Below, piece after piece: positions 23,081-32,397 of a DNA stretch of 32,397 nt. The notes under the pieces were generated by a model. That model saw only the letters and a list, made by a program, of their open reading frames with translations, had not been told where the DNA came from and made no database searches. Within the stretch, counting starts at the first letter, position 1, and each line of letters starts with the position of its first letter. Location of the stretch: NCBI GenBank assembly GCA_030141605.1, contig JAQGDQ010001620.1, positions 1-32,397 on the forward strand. The letters are read 5' to 3'. A program made the position numbers and the translations under genes. The DNA comes from Tubiluchus corallicola. Taxonomy: Eukaryota; Animalia; Priapulida.

Positions 23081-23829
23081 AGCTTTTTGCATAAATAACT
23101 AATATGTCGAAATTTACTGATTAGGGCTTATTCTTGAAGACTTATAATTCTCATAATTCTTATAATTGTTTCTTGATGAAGAAAATTTAAACGTAGCCAA
23201 CGGCTTGCAGTATCCCGACTACGCAAACATCATTCTATAATTTCAGGAAAAATGATTCAGGTTTGTTTCTGGAAAAAGAATTATACCCGTGTCTTCCCAT
23301 AAATTTACAACAATTAGCTAGCCTTAATAATTCGTTCATTGCAAACTGCTCATAAAAATTAGCAGCGCTGCTGCCAGCCACACAATCAGTGAAAATTTCA
23401 AACAAGGATTTTATTTTATGAAATTCAATAAAATTATTGAGGCTACAGCGCCAATGCCTTTTAGCGTGTTAAACCAATAATATGCTGGCTATACATTATT
23501 GCGGCATTAATCCAGCACTTACTGGAACAAGCCATCATCTGCATGGCACTAATTAATGTAAACATTAACTGAAATCTAGGAAATGTATGGGCGAACAAGC
23601 GGATAAATACATCAATAAAAGCAGTTCGGCAGCTAAGAAAATTTAGCTTTGTGCGTAGTTTAATATAGTTTTGCAACAGTATAGCTATAAAATAAATAAA
23701 TGATTTAACCAACACACAACACTCTTAACAATTTATACCTGCATGGACAATAGGAAAATAGGAAATGGACAATAGGAAAATGGACAATGGACAATGTAAG
23801 ATTAGTGATCAGGCATTATGCAATGACTT

Positions 23830-24625
<796 letters not shown>

Positions 24626-24729
24626 ACACACATTTAAAGACAAGCAATTTGATGTTAAAGGAGCAGTAAACCTTTTTTATCATATAAATCGACATGATCA
24701 CAACTGTTAGAACGTCCGTATGACATTTA

Positions 24730-24890
24730 GAATGGCTTCTAATGAAATTGAGAGCAAGGGATTTTGTGGCAAATTATCTAAATGGATTGAAAATTTCTTG
24801 TCTTTTCTCAAGGCTGGTAATGACTTCTGGCGTTCAACAGGGACGTGTTTTGGAGCCTTTGCTCTTTGGTATTTATCAGTGATTTTCCTG
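24730..24890 (+). pseudogene. Degraded CR1/L2-type reverse transcriptase fragment
   Basis: LLMKLR / GFCGKLSKWIENFLS then, after a deletion and frameshift, TSGVQQGRVLEPLLFGIY, matching the RT motif SGVPQGSVLGPLLFxIY. Confidence 0.8.
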
Positions 24891-26232
24891 GAGGATTTGA
24901 GGCAAAATCAGCTAAACTCTTAGCAAATTATACGAAGTACTTTTATAAAATTAATTGTCAAATATCACTGTAGATTTTTCCCTTATTTTAAGTCCAAGAT
25001 TTGTAAGTGTGACAAAAATTTCTTGAAACATTTTACTCAAGCGAAACTACATTTTACGGACGGCTGAAATTTGATCTCCCTCAATATTTTGTTCTCATGC
25101 AGTAAATGAGAGTTGGAGAAACCATTTTCAATCCGCTGACACGTGGTAACTCCTGTAAAACGTTATTACGCTTACAGTACGTGATCCTTTACCGTGCATC
25201 AGCCCAACACATTTATATGTAAGACGACTTGCGTAAAAGAGTCTTTTCGAAACTTTTTTCGAAATTATGGCTCAAGCATTGCAGAAATAAGTAATGGTGA
25301 AACCCAGTAATGCTAGATGGTAGAAGAACGAACGACTCTGTGTCTGTTATATAATATATATATCTTCAAACATATATTGCACTTAACTTGACTCCCGTAA
25401 TCATTGTTACGAATTTACCTTACTGCGCATGCGCATCCTATTTGATAAAAAGGGACCAAGAGCTTCGGGAATAATGCAGCCGCACTTTTCAAAGATAGAT
25501 GGCGCCCCGGAGACTGGTTGGCTTCCGCATGGTTTAGCTAAAACTACTGGGATCACAATTTACCATTTATTTAGCTGTAATTTTTCGCCATTTGCACCTG
25601 CATGGTATGATGGAGCGTGGGTGAACGAACTTCTCTCTATGTACAATGTGTCTCGCTAAGTTTTGTTATCAAAACTGCGCAGTGGGATTAATCACATACG
25701 TAATTTAATGGACAAATACGTCGTTTTTCTTTCATTCATTCGTTCGTTCATCATTCATTCATTCATTCAGTCAGTCGTTCTTGGTCGGTCGGTCAATCAA
25801 TCACTCGCAGAGCAGCTAGCTAGAGATACACGAAAATGTTTGTAAGAAAAATGGCGGTCAATTGAAAGATTCCTGCTATTGAGATACTGACTCTGTTGGC
25901 AAGCTGCACTACAAATAGGCATCATGTCTATTGGTAGTAAATAAAAGAGAACCCCTTTCTGCGCTGGGGAACTAAAAAATTTGAAATTCATGGATGAATA
26001 AGATCCCAAATTTATATAAAATGTAAAGCTGAAGCTTCCGAAAGCGCAGTAATGCATTATAACTTCTGAAAAGCGACTTTGCTGTAGAAAGTAAGTCTTT
26101 GTAATGAAAGCAACTGAAGCAACGAAAGTCTACACTTTAGTCATATGAAGTTAGACATTATCCTGATGTAATTTCACTGACATTATCAACACAGTCTAAG
26201 CATTCAATACTTGTTAAACTACAACATATAAA

Positions 26233-26707
26233 ATTTAGACGAACAATAGTAATTTGGACAAACAATAGCTATTTAGACAAACAATAGTAATTTGGACAAA
26301 CAATAGTAATTTAGACCAACCATAGTAATTTAGACAAACAGTAGTAATTTAGACAAACAATAGTAATTTCGACAAACAATAGTAATTTAGACAAACAATA
26401 GTAATTTGGACAAACAATAGTAATTTAGACAAACAATAGTAATTTAGACAAACAATAGTAATTTGGACAAACAATAGTAATTTTTACGAACAATAGTAAT
26501 TTAGACAAACAATAGTAATTTGGACAAACAATAGTAATTTAGACAAACAATAGTAATTTGGACAAACAATAGTAATTTAGACAAACCATAGTAATTTAGA
26601 CAAACAATAGTAATTTAGACAAACAGTAGTAATTTGGACAAAAATAGTAATTTAGACAAACAATAGTAATTTAGACAAACAATAGTAATTTAGACAAACA
26701 ATAGTAA
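26233..26707. repeat. 19-bp minisatellite, ~25 copies
   Basis: aattt[a/g]gacaaacaatagt, period 19. Confidence 0.96.
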
Positions 26708-27749
26708 GGGACGGTTAACAAATGTTCTTGTGTATTGACGCTTGATACTCTAGCGAGTATACTTTTTGCCCGCGTGGACAAACATTTTCTATATCTTCAA
26801 TGAGTGTTGAAACGCCCCCTCTCCCTCCTCTCCCCACAGGCAAGCTTCTCAGAAAACTCTCCTTTATCTGGACTGGTCATACGATTTTCAGAGCAAAAGT
26901 TTCGTTTCGGTTATTGCCAAAGTTGATAATCAATACAGTCGGTTCTTCAAATCTAATAGATAAAAATCTAGCCATTCTTGTACAGACACGGCGTTCCTAA
27001 GCTTTCTACTCGGTTTCACTGACACTCGTTCAAAGCACTGACACCGATACTAGTACTCAAGCTGACAAGTAGGCCTACTTGGGTAAATGTTTGTATGCGA
27101 AGAGGTTTGTTAAAATAAGATATGGTGGAACTTGTTAACCGTTGGTTTCCTGATGTTAAACAGCATGCCTTCATTACTTGCGGTCCAGGCAAAAGAGTAC
27201 TGGCATTTCAAAGATTTCGTGCGCCGTGTTTTGCTTTTCCTGTCAATGGTTTGTTCTAATGACGGTTGCGAGCACACGTTAGCCTTGGGGGGGGGGGGGG
27301 GGTAAGGAACCGTGCGAAAACGATGACCAGAATGATGATTTAAAATGGAACCAAGAGTGAAAAGTTACTAAACGACTCTTGCGTTTTTGCCAAATAAGTG
27401 AAAATAGTTTACATATTGTAACTGAAGACTGAAAGACTGAAAATACAAAAAGACTAATATGTGAAACTGTTAGAATCACAAGCTGCTGAAGCCATTGATT
27501 GTGCCTAGCGTGTGGCTTCGAAAAACTTCAATTTTTCGTTTGGGCAAATTAAGATTCATAAGAAAAGCATTGTGCAAACTTATAGCAGCAAAGATAAATT
27601 AGAAAGTAAATTTGCGGTTTTGGTGGTTCTGGATGGGTTGAACAAACAGTTTAAAGAAATAATAATTGTTCAGCAGTAATTTGACATTAGTTAGTGCAGT
27701 TTTTGCAAGGAAAGAATCGAAAAAGACGGTGCGAAAAAACAGCGCGCTG

Positions 27750-27775
27750 GACAGAGAGAGAGAGAGAGGGGGGAG

Positions 27776-27827
<52 letters not shown>

Positions 27828-27841
27828 CAGAGGAAGACAGA

Positions 27842-27890
<49 letters not shown>

Positions 27891-28018
27891 GGGAGAGAGA
27901 GAGAGAGAGGGGGGAGAGAGGAGAGAGAGAGAGAGTGAGGAGAGAGAGAGGAGAGAGGGAGTGAGAGAGAGGAAGAGAGACGAGAGAGGAGGGAGAGAGA
28001 GAGAGGAGAGAGAGGAGG

Positions 28019-28066
<48 letters not shown>

Positions 28067-28137
28067 AAGAGGGGGAGAAAGAGAGAGAGGGGAGAGAGAG
28101 AGAGAGGAGAGAGAGAGGGCGAGAAAGAGAAAGAGGG

Positions 28138-28228
<91 letters not shown>

Positions 28229-28262
28229 AGAGAGAGAGAGAGAGAGACAGAGAGACAGAAAG
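27750..28262. repeat. ~510-bp degenerate (GA)n polypurine tract
   Basis: Direct observation; source of ER/SL ORFs. Confidence 0.96.
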
Positions 28263-29050
28263 AAAGGGAAAGCGAGGAGGATACAATTTGTGCTATAATC
28301 AATGCAAAATTTAAACGACAAATGCTATAAGTTAGTCCCAGCTATTATAAATTTGCAATTACTAACGCCAGTACTATTTTGCTTTTGTTTCTTTTTATAA
28401 TCTAATCTAACACGCAACATCAATAATAAATAATTGTGTCAGGACCGGAATGTAGTATCAGGTAAATTTCTCTGTGATCACACTGAACCGAAAGATATTA
28501 TAGCCAGATTCGTTGGCATGTACATCGCACGCTAACATAGCACAATTACTTAGGGGACTTACTACATTCCAAATGCAAGTACAGAATCTTGTTTGCCACC
28601 TTCATTCAAATCAGTTTTCTGATTAAGCAAAGCTTGTTTTCCCGTCAAATAATCATGCTGTACTGGGCCGGGCAAAATTATTGTTCTGGGAAATGCGTTT
28701 GGCCAGTGAAATCAGATTTATACACATTCGCAGCCACTGTGGACCGTGCGGGATGCTCTGACAACGGTGCGTCAATGAAACTTGTCTATCGCCGATTGTT
28801 TGATCAGAATCTTCACTTAGTCTACTGTATACTCAGTGTCATCGTGTCACTCATTCATTATTTAAATTGTTATATTACGGAAGTTTTTTCAATTTTTAAT
28901 CATTTGCAAACAGATGGTAAACCCGTATGTGAATGTGAGGAAATACTGTTATATAATCTGCCCTAAGACTGAAAAGCTTTTTTATCAAAAAATAGATTTA
29001 AAATTGAAGTTCGCCATAAGTACGTGTAAAATAAATTACATAATAGACGT

Positions 29051-29104
29051 AAGTTTAGACACTGCAGTTAACGTACTATGTTTTTGTACCAAAGTATTAC
29101 AACT
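29051..29104 (+). repeat. 54-bp target-site duplication, left copy
   Basis: aagtttagacactgcagttaacgtactatgtttttgtaccaaagtattacaact, identical to 29647-29700. Confidence 0.95.
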
Positions 29105-29214
29105 ACGGCCAAATCACGTTGAAAACACCGATTCTCGTCTCGAAGTTAAGCAACGTAGAGCCCGGTTAGTGCTTGGATGGGTGACCGCCTAGGAATACCA
29201 TGTGCTGTAGGTTT
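29103..29214 (+). pseudogene. 5S rRNA-derived head (not an intact 5S gene)
   Basis: ctacggccaaatcacgttgaaaacaccgattctcgtc...cgaagttaagcaacg...ggttagtgcttggatgggtgaccgcctaggaatacc..gtgctgtaggttt follows metazoan 5S; ~7-nt deletion after ctcgtc, no T4 terminator. Confidence 0.9.
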
Positions 29215-29646
29215 GCGGGATGCCCACACTGTATCTCGACACTAGGCGAAGGAGCTGTACAAGCAGCCAACGGCTAGAGGGAGGAGGAGTCAAGTGACCC
29301 AACAGCTATATGTAGAGGAGTAAACCTTCCAAATCAGGAGGGGAGCCCCAAAGGTGGACCAGTGAAGCATGCTCACTGACTCCGGCAGCTCCTGCAGCCA
29401 ACCTGGTGCCAAACGTATCACTCTGCTTTCCTTTGGACTACACCAGGGAGGAAGAGAGGGGGTTCCTGTTGTCTGCGCAACTCAGGATCTCCATACACCT
29501 TGCCCAGGCGTGCACCCTGGAGACGTTCATGGATCGCACTGCTCAGCCACAGTCGACCCTGCAGCTCCATCAATGTGATCAATAACTGACTCTCTTGGCG
29601 CACACTCCATTGTCTTCCGAGACAGAAGGACGCCAACCAATCCACA
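29103..29646 (+). mobile_element. 5S rRNA-derived SINE (SINE3) with bipartite RTE-type body and tail
   Basis: 5S head 29103-29214; GC-rich body resembling RTE 5' UTR motifs (ctgctttcctttggac, ctccatac..tgcccaggc); 29530-29589 reads WIALLSHSRPCSSINVINN*, like RTE ORF end RIGLxSHxRxC; 3' end ccattgtcttccgagacagaaggacgccaaccaa; flanked by a 54-bp direct repeat. Confidence 0.82.
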
Positions 29647-29700
29647 AAGTTTAGACACTGCAGTTAACGTACTATGTTTTTGTACCAAAGTATTACAACT
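29647..29700 (+). repeat. 54-bp target-site duplication, right copy
   Basis: Identical to 29051-29104. Confidence 0.95.
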
Positions 29701-29918
29701 GCATCAACTACATTATCTGACAAACATCTACATGTGATGACAATGTATTTGCATTGCAGATTCACTTTTTACCTTAGTAGTCACTCCTGTTACTCCTTAA
29801 ATGCTCAGGATCAGCAGAGAATTCCTACTTTACCGTTGACTTATTTGCTTTGGCTAAGCGACAGTCAACCGAGACAAAACACATTCTAAAGTGGCGTTAG
29901 CAAATTTGATTCTTAAAA

Positions 29919-32397
29919 AACACAACACAGTAGAACATAAAATAATACAATACAACAAACAAAACAATTCGCCGTAAGCTCAAGCAAGCGAGAAAACTTA
30001 GTAGATACAGACCTTGCGTCGATTAGGTTTTGACGATGGTGATGACGATGATGGTGGTGGTGGTGGTCGTGACGATGGTGATGACGATGACGGTGGTGGT
30101 GGTGGTGGTCGTGACGGTGGTGGTGCTGGTGCTGGTTTTGCTGGTGGTGCTGGTGGTGGTGGTGTTGATGGTGGTGGTGGTGGCGATTATGATGATAATA
30201 ATTTGCAAAGTTTTTTTCTGTAAAATTTACCATTTCAAGAATCTTTGATTTAATAATAATCACTGAACTGAATTAATTATAAATAATCAATCAAAATCTA
30301 ATTAAGTCGCGGGTTGAAGAAGAATATCCTTTATTATAAATTAAACGTTTCTGTTGCCCTGGTAACCATTTACTTGTTTATTTTATCCACAAATATATAA
30401 GATTTTTTAAATAACAGTGTTTTAAACATGACGAAGTTAATGACTAATACAACCGATTACAACATAAATACAACATATTAACGTGGTTATTGTTTTGAAT
30501 AGCTGTCTCCATTGCCAGGCAAATAAAAATGAAAAACTTAGAACTTTAAACGGAATGAAAAATTATCACAATAATGTAAAATAAAATATTGAAACAAAAT
30601 CAATCGAAAAGACGTTCTACTACAATTTAATTCCGTGTTGTCAAATTTAATGTGCAATTTTTTTTTGATTTTTTTTAAAGAAAAAGAAGTTCAATTTAAA
30701 ATTTTAAGATGATCACACTGCAATTTAAGTATTTTGATCACTTACGTGATTACGATTGCTGGAATGGAGTAGCAAAAGCGCCTTCCTAAAATTCTAATTA
30801 GCTGATATCTAATGAAGTAAATCTGCTTTGAATAAGCAGAGAAGGAAGAGCATATGAAACATGGGATGTCAACTTAGAGAGAAGGAAGAGCATATGAAAC
30901 ATGGGATGTACTCTGTCAAATTGGAGGGACACGCAGAAGGATGAGCACGAAGCGGTGAATTCCTAGAATTTGGGATAAGACATGAGCATTACGTAACATG
31001 GGACATGCCAAGTGAAAGATCATAGACGGACATTCCAAGCCATAACAAAGGGAGTTTTGTGGTCAGTTCTGATAATTTTAAGTGGTCACTCGTGATTTCG
31101 AGAACAGGCCCTGTCGTGGTTTGGATAATTGGAAAGACGTCTGTGTAGCTGGATGAAATGTTGAGGTTTATAATAAGACATGGAGCGATTCTAAACAAAT
31201 CGAGGAACTAATTAATGATGTTCATAAAATTGTTTCTCGAATTATCATTAGATTAATAGAAAAATCTCCAGCATTTTCATTATGTAGCCGGACAGGCTGA
31301 ATCATTTTCCTCTTGTAGGTAGCGAATGGGAAAAGTGTGCTAATTGGTAAATGGATTATTAAAAGCAACAATTCGGGAAAATAAATTTTAGCAAAACTGG
31401 AGACTTCTGCCAGCTAGTTTGTGACGTAAATGTTCAAAAATGTAGTTTTTTGTTTCCGTACTTTAGTTTGATTCTAGGATTACAAAAACTTGACGGTAAC
31501 GTAAGTTTGCCGTTTGTGACACAAACATTTAGCCTGGGCTTTAGAAAAATTTACGTTTAAAAAGTTGTCTTAGAATTTAACTGTTTTAATAGTTTCGTCG
31601 TGAAACAGTCTACTGTTCAACAATTGAGAAAGACGATGAAGGAAAAATAGAAATGGTAAACAAATTTTTTTGATAATGAATAATGGGATTTATGCCAATT
31701 CTATTTATTCGAATTTTTTTACCTAATAATTATTACATGTTTTATTTTATTTTGTGGCTTCCGTGTATTTTATTATAGTATTTTTATGTTGTTCGTGTTG
31801 ATGTTTTTTTTCTTTGTTTCTTGCTCATAGCGTCTTGTAATGTCACGTTCACAATAATAATTTTTGCTTTCAAAAGACAAATTGTTCAGTATAGAAATTT
31901 CAGTAGCAAAATTCTAAATCCAGAACGTCTAATTCCAGAACAAACAATCTAAAACAAATTAGGACAAATACCCACTACGGAACGAACTCTGTCATCAAAC
32001 AAGCAATTCTACTTTGGAATTCTCTACCATTACAGGTTAAACAAATCAGGTCCCTATCAGCATTTAAAACAAAATTAAAATCACTAATATTAACCAGATA
32101 TGAAATACCATCACACCAGTACGACAACATACACACTAATTCAGAATTCATATATCCACAGCCATATTAATTAAATCATAGTTTTTCATTTTTTTGTGCA
32201 TAGTTGTAAATATGTTTGATTTTATTCGTCGTTACTTTCCATTACTGCACAGTAGTTTAGATTGCACTGACGCATTTGCCTTTAGCAGTGTAAGTTTTTA
32301 TTAACTAACACTGATTGATCATCTCTGTAAAGTTTTTATCAGTGATTATCAATGTATTTTAATGGCAAATAAAGATTATTATATATATATAAAACAA
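29919..32397 (-). repeat. Long inverted repeat IR2, right arm
   Basis: Reverse complement of 15296-18274; ~500 bp shorter because the 47-bp array has 2 instead of 13 copies. May extend beyond the window. Confidence 0.97.
31845..32391 (+). mobile_element. 5'-truncated CR1/L2-group LINE 3' end, copy 4 (outer end of IR2 right arm)
   Basis: From 31934: SRTNNLKQIRTNTHYGTNSVIKQAILLWNSLPLQVKQIRSLSAFKTKLKSLILTRYEIPSHQYDNIHTNSEFIYPQPY*, then 3' UTR, aataaa and (ta)n. Confidence 0.9.

Noticed and set aside
25560-25700. Alternative minus-strand TMEM26 first exon ending aaa tg|gtaaat
   Set aside because: Frame is only ~31 codons to an upstream stop and shows no TMEM26 similarity.
27599-28321. 200-240 aa SL/ER ORFs (and poly-T/L/V/S ORFs at 24291-24701)
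   Set aside because: Translations of (GA)n and (TAC)n tracts.
28589-28966. 125-aa ORF
   Set aside because: Non-ATG start, no recognisable motif or splice structure; cannot be supported without a search.
29103-29214. Functional 5S rRNA gene
   Set aside because: Internal deletion, missing 5' bases, disrupted pairing near the 3' end, no oligo-T terminator, and embedded in a TSD-flanked retroposon.

Overview
AT-rich, repeat-dense eukaryotic (almost certainly invertebrate animal) genomic DNA. Nearly all long ORFs in the supplied track are artefacts of micro/minisatellites. Two host-gene exons are recognisable, both on the + strand: the terminal coding exon of a wax-ester synthase/diacylglycerol acyltransferase (WS/DGAT)-family gene (2823-2977, absent from the ORF track) and the first coding exon of a TMEM26 homologue (20352-20545). 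The dominant structure is two pairs of long, near-identical inverted repeats: IR1 (1-2043 vs 3874-5932, ~2 kb arms) encloses the WS/DGAT last exon, and IR2 (15296-18274 vs 29919-32397, ~2.5-3 kb arms) encloses the TMEM26 first exon and its probable promoter. IR1 has a second block that is circularly permuted between the two copies (A-B vs B-A). The window also holds five 5'-truncated CR1/L2-group LINE 3' ends, a 5S-rRNA-headed bipartite RTE-type SINE with a perfect 54-bp target duplication, three non-autonomous DNA transposons (TTA-TSD, TA-TSD foldback-like, TTAA piggyBac-like), degraded RT relics and about ten minisatellite arrays. All alignments and family assignments were done by eye; boundaries are approximate to a few bases unless stated.
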